64,000 nucleotides of DNA from Candidatus Dormiibacterota bacterium (GTDB lineage: Bacteria; Chloroflexota; Dormibacteria; Aeolococcales; Aeolococcaceae), in NCBI GenBank assembly GCA_963718525.1, contig OY970355.1, forward strand, positions 2,080,001 to 2,144,000. Direction: 5' to 3'. Made by a program: the position numbers and the translations under genes. Every line of letters starts with the position of its first letter. Position 1 is the first letter of the stretch. Of this stretch, positions 1 through 9,069 are shown one piece after another. Below the pieces are notes generated by a model. The model saw nothing but the letters and a program-made list of their open reading frames with translations. It ran no database searches and was not told the DNA's origin.

Positions 1-1
1 T

Positions 2-421
2 CTCCGATCAGGGCCTCCATACCAGATGACTCCCACCCAACTGGTTGACTCCGTCGTGCTCTCGTCGGGAGCGATGACCAACCGGATCGATCGAGTCGAA
101 GCGCTTGGGCTGGTCGAGCGTCTTCCGGATCCCCACGACCGGCGGGGCACGCTCGTCGCTCTCACCAGGGAAGGACTCAAGACCGTCGATGCGGCAGTGG
201 TCGCCCACCTGGCGAACGAGGAGCGCCTTCTCGGCGCGCTCTCGCCGGCCGAGCGCGGAACGCTTGCCCGCCTGCTGCGCAAGTTGCTCCTGTCGGATCC
301 GTTTGCTGCGCACGACACTCCCCGGACCGTCGACGATGGCGCCCGGTCGGCGCGCCGGCGGCGCGGCAACAACAGGCTCAAAACGGCATCGGCGGTTCGG
401 GTCGGCAAGGCCCCCAGGTGA
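2..421 (+). CDS. MarR-family transcriptional regulator (PecS/TamR-like), 5'-truncated by window edge
   Basis: Open frame from base 2: LRSGPPYQMTPTQL...SSGAMTNRIDRVE..GLVER.PDPHDRRG winged-helix motif. Confidence 0.88.
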   Translation, partial: LRSGPPYQMTPTQLVDSVVLSSGAMTNRIDRVEALGLVERLPDPHDRRGTLVALTREGLKTVDAAVVAHLANEERLLGALSPAERGTLARLLRKLLLSDPFAAHDTPRTVDDGARSARRRRGNNRLKTASAVRVGKAPR

Positions 422-473
422 CCTCACCGACACCGCCGCCTACAACGCCGCTACGCGTCCCTCGCGTAAAGGG

Positions 474-674
474 TCACGAGTAGCGTCGAATCGGCCTGAT
501 CGTGTGGCCTGTGACCTCGGTACTAGGCTGCCATTGTCGACCACACTCGACGCACTCATAGCTGGCGACGAACGTCCGGCCCGTGGTACCGGACGCTGCG
601 ACCTCGCGCGTATGCACGACCACTTCCTCAGATCTGCACTCGATACACTCCGGGAGATCGTGATCACGCATCAT
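474..674 (-). CDS. Small (66 aa) putative zinc-ribbon protein
   Basis: ATG at 674 after AAGGTGG; CIEC...(27 aa)...CVECGRQW two-knuckle pattern; divergent from DUF1003 gene. Confidence 0.6.
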   Translation of the reverse strand: MMRDHDLPECIECRSEEVVVHTREVAASGTTGRTFVASYECVECGRQWQPSTEVTGHTIRPIRRYS

Positions 675-799
675 GGCCACCTTGCGCTGACGTGCCGGGA
701 AATGCCCGCAACCTACACCTCGACCTCCGTTCGGATGTTGCATCTGTGTCACGGCTGCTGCCGCTTCACCTAATCGATTTGACCAAAAGGAGATCCACC

Positions 800-1294
800 A
801 TGGCCTGGCAACACCAGTGGGGCAAGCATCCGACGGTTCGTGGTAGCGACCAACTCTCACTTGGCGAAAGAGCCGCCGACAAGATGCGCAACGGCATGGG
901 GTCATGGCCCTTTGTGTTCGTCTTCTTCGGCGTCATGATCGTCTGGGCGGTCATCAACGGCGTCCTGCACGTGGGTGGTGGCTCAGGCTTTGATCCGTAC
1001 CCATTCATCCTGCTCAACTTGTTTCTCTCGATGCTGGCAGGAATTCAGGCCGCCGCCCTGTTGATCGCCGCGAAACGCGCCGACGCGGTTGCGTCCGAGG
1101 TGGCACTGCATACCGAAAACAACACCGACGATATCAAGACGTTGCTCGCAGAGAACACAGCCCTGACCGCGCAGGTGAAGAAGGCCACCGACCTCCTCGA
1201 TGAGATTCACCTCCACGTTGCCAACATCGGCAAGAAGGTAGGTGCTGAGATGGGTCGCTTCGCTCCCGGCGAGATACCGCCCACGGATACATGA
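800..1294 (+). CDS. DUF1003 family membrane protein
   Basis: AAGGAG RBS before ATG 800; GERAAD..GSW.F and FDPYPFILLNLFLS motifs, two TM helices. Confidence 0.88.
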   Translation: MAWQHQWGKHPTVRGSDQLSLGERAADKMRNGMGSWPFVFVFFGVMIVWAVINGVLHVGGGSGFDPYPFILLNLFLSMLAGIQAAALLIAAKRADAVASEVALHTENNTDDIKTLLAENTALTAQVKKATDLLDEIHLHVANIGKKVGAEMGRFAPGEIPPTDT

Positions 1295-1406
1295 TCGACG
1301 AGACCCGCCACACGCTGGTCCCCGCCAACGACAGCGCCGGACCTGACGGCGTTCCGGTGGATCAGGCGGCGGTGCCAAAGGGCGCGGCGACGGTCAGGCC
1401 GGATGC

Positions 1407-2807
1407 TCAGGCGCCGAGCGCGACGCCGGCGATGGCGAGTTGTGCCGTCGTCGGCTCGGCGCAGCAGAACCAGGGCTCACTCAGACGAGGCGGAGCGTCA
1501 CGTTCCGGAAGCAGCGGCATTTCGGCGTCGGGCCAGGGGAGCCCTTCGTCGAGTGCAGCTTTCGCGGTGAGCCGGCGGATGGCAGTATGCGTCGACCGCG
1601 GCGATACCCCGGCGTCGGCGTCCGCTGCCACGAGCTCGGCAATCGACGTCTGGAGCGCATCCATCAGGGGATCAGGATGCTGCCAGAGATGACTGAAACC
1701 TGCGCTGTCGTAGCCGCACAGGTGTTCGCGCATCTCCGGCAGCGCCAGCAGCAGTGACCCGGGCGGAACCAGGAGCCGGATGCTCAGCTGAACCGGGTCC
1801 ACACTTTCGATGAGATCGTTGGTCGCGATGAGGTCGAGCAGATCGATCTGGTCACGGAGCGTCGTCCACGGCGTGAACGGCAGGAGCGAAGGCCGGAGCT
1901 CGACGCCCAGCGCCCGGCAGAAGCGCAGTGCTACCAGGACGTCCTCAGCCGAATGTCCCTTGTCGAGAAGCTCGAGCACGCGGGGGCTCGTGGACTCCAC
2001 GGCGGAAACGATAAAGAGAAGGCCGAGCCGGCGCAGCTCGGCGATGACGTGAGGGTGCTCGAGAATGTGCTCAACCTTGGTCGTGATGTCGAAGGTGAGA
2101 CTGGGGCAGCGCTCATGAATGGCGCGCACGATTGCGATCGCATGCGGGACGGCGTTCAGGAAGTCTGGATCGCCGAAGGTGAGGTGGCGCATGCCGTCAT
2201 CCCAGAGCTGGACGACGTCGTCGACAAGTACGTCGCGCTGCCAGACGCGAATCCGCCCGTCGTACACCGCGGGCACGGGGCAGTGCCGGCAGCGGTGCAC
2301 GCAACCGCGCGATGCCTCGACATAGCCCGTAACGCGCTCCTCGCCGCCAATCCTGAGGCGTGTGTACCGATCGAGCGAGGGCAGAAGATCACGAGCGGGC
2401 AACGGAAACCGGAGCCGGTCCAGCACGACCGAATGCCGGTCAGGTGAACCGTTGGCCACGCCGACCAGGGCGTCCTCGTACTCGCCGCCGATCGTGGTGT
2501 CCACGAGCCCGGGTTCAAGGGCTGGGCCGCAGAGCGGGGCATAGAGCCCGAACAGCACGATGCGAACGTCTGCCCCGCGGCGGGATCGAACGGCTCGGGC
2601 AACCGGGACCGCCATGCGCATTGCCGTGTGCATTGGAACAGCGATGGCGACCAGGTCGGGGGTGTCGAGATCTGCCTCGTCGAGGGGTTGAACCGAGAGG
2701 TCAACAGCGGTGACGAGATGACCCGCGCCACGCAGAAAGGCAGCGGCCGAGGCAACGTGGAGTGGTTGATGGCCGAGCTCGTAGCAGGAGACGAGCAGAA
2801 CCCTCAT
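1407..2807 (-). CDS. CUAEP/CCAEP-tail radical SAM protein with N-terminal B12-binding-like domain
   Basis: SCYELGHQP N-terminus, SRGCVHRCRHC (CxxxCxxC), C-terminal LSEPWFCCAEPT; TATCCT -10 seven nt before ATG. Confidence 0.9.
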   Translation of the reverse strand: MRVLLVSCYELGHQPLHVASAAAFLRGAGHLVTAVDLSVQPLDEADLDTPDLVAIAVPMHTAMRMAVPVARAVRSRRGADVRIVLFGLYAPLCGPALEPGLVDTTIGGEYEDALVGVANGSPDRHSVVLDRLRFPLPARDLLPSLDRYTRLRIGGEERVTGYVEASRGCVHRCRHCPVPAVYDGRIRVWQRDVLVDDVVQLWDDGMRHLTFGDPDFLNAVPHAIAIVRAIHERCPSLTFDITTKVEHILEHPHVIAELRRLGLLFIVSAVESTSPRVLELLDKGHSAEDVLVALRFCRALGVELRPSLLPFTPWTTLRDQIDLLDLIATNDLIESVDPVQLSIRLLVPPGSLLLALPEMREHLCGYDSAGFSHLWQHPDPLMDALQTSIAELVAADADAGVSPRSTHTAIRRLTAKAALDEGLPWPDAEMPLLPERDAPPRLSEPWFCCAEPTTAQLAIAGVALGA

Positions 2808-2879
2808 TGAACCGAGGATACGGGAACGCGCAAAGTGGAGCGCAGCCCTTCGTGGCGGCCGCCGTCTAAGCTAGGAGCG

Positions 2880-3530
2880 ATGAGTTGATTCATCGACCTC
2901 AGCCACCCCGTGGTTGAGGGAATGGAGACGTATCGACCGCTGCCCACACCGACGGTCGAGGTCCTCAACGACTTTGACGCGTCCCGCTATGACGGCAAGT
3001 CGGAGTTTCTCATCGCGTCCCTGCATCTGTGCGGGAACACTGGAACCTACGTCGACTCGCCCCGACACCGGTATCGAGCCGGCCTTGATCTTGCGGGACT
3101 TCCACTTGAGAGCCTCGCGAACCTTCCAGTAGTTGTCGCCGACGCCACCGACGCGGGTCGCGCGATCGGGCCTGATGCACTGCCCGCTGGCGACCTCCAT
3201 GGCAAAGCGTTGCTTGTCCGCACGGATTTTTCACGCCACTGGGGCACCGACGCGTATTTCTCCGACAACCCGTTCTTGACCGCCGAATCATGCGAGCGGC
3301 TGGTCGCGGCGGGCGTTGCGTTCGTCGGCATCGACTCACTGAACATCGACGACATCGCCGACATGGCGCGACCCGCCTACTCGGCGCTGCTCGGCGCCGG
3401 CGTGCCGATATGCGAGCACATGGCAAACCTGACCGCGATCAGCTCGGGCGGCCGCCTCCATGCGGTTCCCATCCCCTCGGTCGGCGGGGCGACCTTTCCG
3501 GTGCGGGCGTACGTCATCGCAGACGACTGA
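2880..3530 (+). CDS. Cyclase/kynurenine formamidase-family protein with in-frame TGA at codon 3 (possible pseudogene or base error)
   Basis: ATG AGT TGA TTC ATC GAC CTC AGC CAC CCC = MS*FIDLSHP; NTGTYVDSPRH, VGIDSLNID, GVPICEH, FPVRA motifs; ORF caller starts at GTG 2910. Confidence 0.8.
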
Positions 3531-3753
3531 CTGAGACGCGATTGACCACGCCCGCGTCATGAACGTCCTTATGAAGTGATTAAGAAGCAGCGTGCTCGCT
3601 GGCGTTCAACGCTCGCTTTCCGATGGTGCTTACCGGTTCACAACCGTGTCCGAGCGAGTTGTTAACTGTGGACTTCTTAGGATTCGTGATGCCGCACGGA
3701 CCGGCTCCGGCCGGTACCGGCCAGTGTTCCCGGTGTCACAGGGAGAGGTCGAC

Positions 3754-6030
3754 ATGGAGAGACATCGCGTTCGTGCAGCGGCGGGAGCCGTTCACAGACT
3801 CCGTGGAGGATTCATCGGGGCGGCCGCGGTGCTCGCTGCCATTCCCGCATCGACCGTGCTCCCCATCGGCGGGACGGTGGCTGCAGCTGCGAGTGCACAC
3901 GTCTCCGCTGGAGGCTGCGTGCTCAACTCGCCGTCGGGAACGATCAAGCATGTGATCAGCCTCGTCTTCGACAACCTGCACTTCTCTCAAGACAACCCGA
4001 ACGTGCCGTCAGATCTCGCGCAGATGCCCAATCTGCTCAACTTCATGGAGAGCAACGGCGAGGTGCTGTCGAACGAGCACACGCCGCTCATCGCTCACAC
4101 CGCGGATGACATCCTCACGACGCTCACCGGCGTCTACGGGGACAAGCATGGCCAGCCGGTCGCCAACAGCTACGGAGTGTTCAACACGAACGGCACGAGC
4201 AGCTTCGCGAGTTCGTTCGCGTACTGGACCGACCCGGTGGCCACAACCACAACGGACACATCGCCAACGATGGTGGATCCGAAGGGAACGATCGCGCCGG
4301 CCCCGTGGGTACCGTTCACCCGAGCCGGCTGCGATGTGGGCGCGATCGCCACCGCGAACATCGAGGTCGAGAACTCGGACCCGGATCTGAAATCGATCTA
4401 CGGCGCGAACAGCCCGCAGTGGAAGGAGGTCCTGGCCGAGGAGAGCAAGTACGGGTATGCCGATCTCTCCGACGCGAATTACCAGGGCATCGTCGTGCAC
4501 TGCGCGCGCACCTCGTCGTCGGTCTGCGCGCAGAATCCGTCACTCGCAGCACCGGACAGGCTGCCCAATGAGCCTGGCGGCTACAAGGGATACCAGGCGC
4601 TGTACGGCAATGTGAACGTCGGCAGGCTGATCGGGGGAACGCCGGTCGCGGGACAGGGCGTCGAGGTCAGTGACCTCAACGGTCAGCCGCTCACGAGCTT
4701 CTACGCCGGCGGAGACATCGGTAAGACGTACTACGGGTTCCCCGGATTCGATGTCAGCGCCGCCCAGACGCTCGGGTACATCGCGGACATGCAGGAGCAC
4801 GGGGTCCCGATCACCTACGGGTACATTGAAGACGCGCACGACAATCACACGACCGACTCGGCGGCCGGCCCAGGTGATGCGGCATATGTGGCACAGCTCA
4901 AGGCCGACGACGCCGCGTTTGGCACGTTCTTCCAGCGGCTGCAGCACAACGGGATCACCACGGCAAACACGCTCTTCGTCATCAGCTCGGATGAAGGCGA
5001 TCACTTCGCGGGGACGCAGCATCCAGCACCTGCCGGCTGCAATGGCGTGACCGTCCCTTGCACGTATGCGAAGGGGACGATCGGCGAGGTGGATGTCGAC
5101 CTCACGGGCCTGCTCAAGGAGCAGTTCCCCAAGCAGATCACAGCCTTCTCGGTTCATGCCGACAGCGCGCCGAACTTTTACGTCAACGGCAAACCTGGTG
5201 CCGGCGCTGCCGTCGCCCGACAGCTGGAGCGCGACATGGGCGCGATCGTTGCTCCTGATCCGTACGCGAACAACGGCGCCGGCGCGACCGTTCCGCTCAC
5301 CCACTATCTGGCCGACCAGGTGGAGGAGACGGTGCTCCACATGAACACGGGCGATCCGAATCGCCTGCCGACGTTCACCGACTTCGCCAATCCCGCGTTC
5401 TACATCAGCACCGGACCGTCCACATGCCCGGCGCCGACAGCGTCGGAGACGGCGACGAGCGATCCGTGCGTCGTGATCAATCCGCAATATGCCTGGAACC
5501 ACGGCGATATTGCGCCCGAGATCAACACCAACTGGCTGGGTCTGGTGGGGCCCGGCGTCACGGCACGCGGCGTTGACGCGAAGACCTGGGCCGACGAGAC
5601 CGACGTCCGGCCGACCATGATGGCCCTGCTCGGGTTGCACGACGACTACGTGAGCGACGGGCGCGTCCTCGTTGGGGATGTCAGCCGCGCGCTCCTACCG
5701 GGCGCCTACAGCAGCGGCAAGCAGTTCGGGCAACTGCTCGAGCTCGAGAACGCCTACAAGCAGGTGAATGCGGACGTTGGCGCATTCACCGTCGCCACGC
5801 TCACGGCATCGACGCAGGCGCTTGAAAGCAGGTCGCACGGCGACGAGGTCTACCGCGCGATCGAGCGCGGGATCGCCCGCCTCGGGAGCGAGCGAGACGC
5901 GCTGGCAGCGAGGATCAGTGGGGCGCTGTACGACCTGGAGTTCGAGCATCAGGCCATCGCGTCGGATGCTGCCCAGCAGTGGACCAACCAGGCCGATGCG
6001 CTCATCGCTCAGGCGTGGGCACTCGCGTAG
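3754..6030 (+). CDS. Large secreted protein, probable alkaline-phosphatase/phosphoesterase superfamily
   Basis: GAGAGG RBS, Arg-rich then hydrophobic signal; IKHVISLVFDN, AHTADD, FVISSDEGDH, WNHG motifs. Confidence 0.6.
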   Translation: MERHRVRAAAGAVHRLRGGFIGAAAVLAAIPASTVLPIGGTVAAAASAHVSAGGCVLNSPSGTIKHVISLVFDNLHFSQDNPNVPSDLAQMPNLLNFMESNGEVLSNEHTPLIAHTADDILTTLTGVYGDKHGQPVANSYGVFNTNGTSSFASSFAYWTDPVATTTTDTSPTMVDPKGTIAPAPWVPFTRAGCDVGAIATANIEVENSDPDLKSIYGANSPQWKEVLAEESKYGYADLSDANYQGIVVHCARTSSSVCAQNPSLAAPDRLPNEPGGYKGYQALYGNVNVGRLIGGTPVAGQGVEVSDLNGQPLTSFYAGGDIGKTYYGFPGFDVSAAQTLGYIADMQEHGVPITYGYIEDAHDNHTTDSAAGPGDAAYVAQLKADDAAFGTFFQRLQHNGITTANTLFVISSDEGDHFAGTQHPAPAGCNGVTVPCTYAKGTIGEVDVDLTGLLKEQFPKQITAFSVHADSAPNFYVNGKPGAGAAVARQLERDMGAIVAPDPYANNGAGATVPLTHYLADQVEETVLHMNTGDPNRLPTFTDFANPAFYISTGPSTCPAPTASETATSDPCVVINPQYAWNHGDIAPEINTNWLGLVGPGVTARGVDAKTWADETDVRPTMMALLGLHDDYVSDGRVLVGDVSRALLPGAYSSGKQFGQLLELENAYKQVNADVGAFTVATLTASTQALESRSHGDEVYRAIERGIARLGSERDALAARISGALYDLEFEHQAIASDAAQQWTNQADALIAQAWALA

Positions 6031-6054
6031 ACTCGGGCAGAAAGGAGGAGACGA

Positions 6055-6805
6055 ATGCCTGAGATGACGAGCTACGAACACGGCGTGCCGTCCTGGGTCG
6101 ATATCGGGACATCGGACCCACAAGCCAGCGTGGCCTTCTACAGCGAACTGTTCGGCTGGGAGGGTCAGGACCAGGGCGAGGAGGCGGGGCACTACACGAT
6201 CGCGTCGAAGGGAGGCAAGCAGGTTGCCGCGATCAGCCCGTCACAGGACCCAGGACCGCCGCGCTGGACCACGTATATCAATGTCGACGACATCGACGCG
6301 GCCGCGAGCAGAGCCCAAGCAGCAGGCGGGACAGTGATCGTCAGCCCCATGGACGTGATGACCGCCGGCCGCATGGCAATTTTCGCAGACACGACGGGAG
6401 CCGTCATCGCTGCATGGCAGCCGGGGAGCATGCGTGGCGCCGACCTCGTCAACGAAGCCGGTGCGTTCATCTGGAGCGAGCTGACAACTTCGGACCTGGC
6501 GAAGTCCAAGGCGTTCTACACGGCGGTGTTCGGCTGGGGATGGGGCGGCGTCGACGAGTATGCCGAGGGCCAGGTGCAGGGACGAACCATCGCCGGCGTC
6601 ATGCCGCGGCCTCCCGACGCGCCTGCTGAGGTGCCCGAACTCGTGGCTGGTGTACTTCGGCGCGGCCGACGTGGACGCAGCCGTCAAGAAGGCGACTGAG
6701 CTCGGAGCCGGCATCATCGTCGAGCCGCGCGATATTCCGGGGACGGGACGGTTCGCAGTCCTCATCGACCCTCAGGGCGCGGCGTTCGGGCTCTTCGCGG
6801 CGTAG
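6055..6805 (+). CDS. Two-domain VOC/glyoxalase family protein (CFP32-like), +1 frameshift at ~6634-6636
   Basis: HGVPSWVDI..SDP..FYSELFGW; GAFIWSEL; next frame continues NSWLVYFGAADVD...GRFAVLIDPQGAAFGL. Confidence 0.88.
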
Positions 6806-6867
6806 ACGGCGGCATCGCCGCATCAGGCGCGACGGCCCCGAGAAGAGGAACCGCGGGCTGCTACCCC

Positions 6868-6896
6868 TTGCAGACTGCCGTGCCTAGGTCTATCAT
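6868..6896 (+). promoter_or_regulatory. Sigma70-type promoter of lacI-ABC-GH3 operon
   Basis: TTGCAG (6868-6873) - 17 bp - TATCAT (6891-6896). Confidence 0.7.
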
Positions 6897-6906
6897 CCCG
6901 GCCCAG

Positions 6907-6938
6907 CCTGTAAGCGCTTACTGGTAAGCGCTTACAGG
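6907..6938. promoter_or_regulatory. Tandem LacI-type operators
   Basis: Two perfect GTAAGCGCTTAC palindromes (6910-6921, 6924-6935) just downstream of the -10 and upstream of the LacI gene. Confidence 0.88.
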
Positions 6939-6975
6939 GCCGGTCAGCATCCAGGCTGGAGGCGCCAGGCGCTGC

Positions 6976-8070
6976 ATGACGGAGGCGAAGCGGTCGAAGG
7001 GGACGCTGACCATCTATGACGTGGCCCGCTTGGCGGGCGTCTCGATCGCCTCCGTCTCGCGCGTCCTCAATGGACAGGGCACGCAGCGACCAGAGACCAG
7101 GGAGCGGGTCATGCGCGCGGTCGGTGAACTGAGCTTCGTGCCCGACGGCGCCGCCCGCGCACTGTCGAACGGCCTCAAGGAGGTGGTCGGCATCGTCTTC
7201 CGGCGTGGGGGAGAGGCGACCTTCGAGGACGAGGACGAGAGCCTGCTCTTCATCGACGGCATCAACCGAGGCGTCGAGGTGGCTGCGCAACGCCGGAGCT
7301 ACGACGTGCTGGTCAGCTCGGTGGGAGTCCACGACTCGCACGCGGCCGCGCGAATCGCCGGCGTGGCCGGCAAGTCGGACGGCATCATCCTCCACGACCG
7401 GATGCTCTCGGCGGTCGGCATCGCCCGCCTGGCGGAGATGATCCCGATCGTGACGCTCGCGGGAAGCCCGACGCGGGCTTCCGTGAACGTCGGCTGTGAC
7501 AACGACGCAGGGATGCGTGCGCTGGTCAATCACCTCACCTCCGACCACGGGTACCGTCATCTCGCGTACCTGTCGGGACATGCCGACAGCCCTGACAACC
7601 GGGCGCGAGCGCGTGTCTTCGAAGCTGCGACGACTGCGGTCGGCGCTCGGATCCAGACCGGCGCCGGGTGGCAGGGGAACTACAGCGCGGCGGGTGGCGC
7701 GCAGGTGATCGCGTCGCTCCTCGACCGGGGCGGGGAGTTGCCGCGCGCGATTGTGTGCGCCAACGATCAGACCGCCCTCGGCGTCATGCACGCGCTCGCG
7801 CGGCGTGGCTTCAGCGTCCCGGGTGATGTCGCCGTCACCGGCTTCGATGACGTCCCCGTGGCGCGTCATCTCCATCCTTCACTCACCACGATCCGACAGC
7901 CCATCGAGCAGATGGGAGCGACGGCCTTCGACGTTCTCTACTCGAGGATCAACAGGAACAACGGCGAATCCAACATCATTCTGCCGGTTCGGCTGGTGCT
8001 TCGCGAGAGCTGCGGCTGCGCCCCGGCTCCGACGCCGGCGAATCTCGCGTCACTCGGCGGCGGGTCCTAG
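6976..8070 (+). CDS. LacI-family transcriptional regulator
   Basis: TIYDVARLAGVSIASVSRVLN HTH; ANDQTALG, VTGFDD, LTTIRQP. Confidence 0.95.
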   Translation: MTEAKRSKGTLTIYDVARLAGVSIASVSRVLNGQGTQRPETRERVMRAVGELSFVPDGAARALSNGLKEVVGIVFRRGGEATFEDEDESLLFIDGINRGVEVAAQRRSYDVLVSSVGVHDSHAAARIAGVAGKSDGIILHDRMLSAVGIARLAEMIPIVTLAGSPTRASVNVGCDNDAGMRALVNHLTSDHGYRHLAYLSGHADSPDNRARARVFEAATTAVGARIQTGAGWQGNYSAAGGAQVIASLLDRGGELPRAIVCANDQTALGVMHALARRGFSVPGDVAVTGFDDVPVARHLHPSLTTIRQPIEQMGATAFDVLYSRINRNNGESNIILPVRLVLRESCGCAPAPTPANLASLGGGS

Positions 8071-8072
8071 CC

Positions 8073-9065
8073 GTGCGCGCCCTGATGCGTCGTCTTGCCG
8101 TCTATCTGCTTGCAGCGTGGGTTGCGGTGACCGTCAGCTTCCTGCTGCCTCGAGTTGTGCCAGGCAATCCGGTGGCCGGTGCCATAGCGCGGGCTCAGTC
8201 GTCGGGCATCTGCAACTCCTATTGCGTCAAGGCGATCGAGGCGCAGCTGGGTTTCAACGTCCACACCAGCATCTGGGTGCAGTACGGGCAGTACCTGGGA
8301 AACCTCGTGCACGGGAACCTCGGGTTCTCGTGGTCGGAGAACGCGCCGGTGACCAGCCTGATCGCCTCGTATCTGCCGTGGACGCTGGGACTCCTCGGGG
8401 TGGCCACGATCCTGAGCTTCGTCGCCGGTACGGTCATCGGCGTGGTCATGGCCTGGCGACGGGGGTCCTTCCTGGACTGGTTGCTGCCTGCCGCGACATT
8501 CTTTCAGGCGATCCCATATTTCTTTCTCGCCCTGGTCCTGGTGCTGATCTTCGGGGAAACAGGGAGCCTGCTCAAATGGTTCCCGAGCCTGTATGGCTTC
8601 GACATCTATGGCGTCGACCCGGGCATGAATCTGCCCTACATCGCCAGCATTCTCGGGCACGCTGTGCTGCCGGCGTTGACCGTGATCCTCGCATCGATGG
8701 GCGGCTTCATCCTCTCGATGCGCAACCAGATGATCACCACCATGGATGAGGACTTCGTCCTGGTCGCGCGAGCCAAAGGCCTGCGCACCGGCAAGGTCGT
8801 CTGGTACGCAGCGCGCAACGCGCTGCTGCCGTGCGTGTCGAACTTCTCGGTGGCGATCAGCCTTGTCGTTGCGGGCCAGATTTTAGTCGAGATTGTCTTC
8901 AACTACCCGGGTATCGGCTACCACCTTTACGGCGCGCTCGGGGCACTCGACTACACACTGGTGCAGGGGATCTTCGTGGTGATCACGCTGGTCGTGCTCG
9001 CAGCGAACCTCCTCGCGGATGTCGTCTACGTGCTGATCGATCCGCGGGCTCGACAGGACGCGTGA
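8073..9065 (+). CDS. ABC transporter permease, OppB/DppB family
   Basis: VPGNP, QY..YL.NL.HGNLGFS, ARAKGL EAA loop, VEIVFNYPGIG, DPR end. Confidence 0.93.
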   Translation: MRALMRRLAVYLLAAWVAVTVSFLLPRVVPGNPVAGAIARAQSSGICNSYCVKAIEAQLGFNVHTSIWVQYGQYLGNLVHGNLGFSWSENAPVTSLIASYLPWTLGLLGVATILSFVAGTVIGVVMAWRRGSFLDWLLPAATFFQAIPYFFLALVLVLIFGETGSLLKWFPSLYGFDIYGVDPGMNLPYIASILGHAVLPALTVILASMGGFILSMRNQMITTMDEDFVLVARAKGLRTGKVVWYAARNALLPCVSNFSVAISLVVAGQILVEIVFNYPGIGYHLYGALGALDYTLVQGIFVVITLVVLAANLLADVVYVLIDPRARQDA

Positions 9066-9069
9066 GCGT

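Noticed and set aside
2886-2888. TGA in the cyclase as selenocysteine, given the neighbouring CUAEP/CCAEP family gene
   Set aside because: Codon 3 is not a catalytic Cys position, I see no convincing SECIS hairpin, and the radical SAM uses TGC-TGC.
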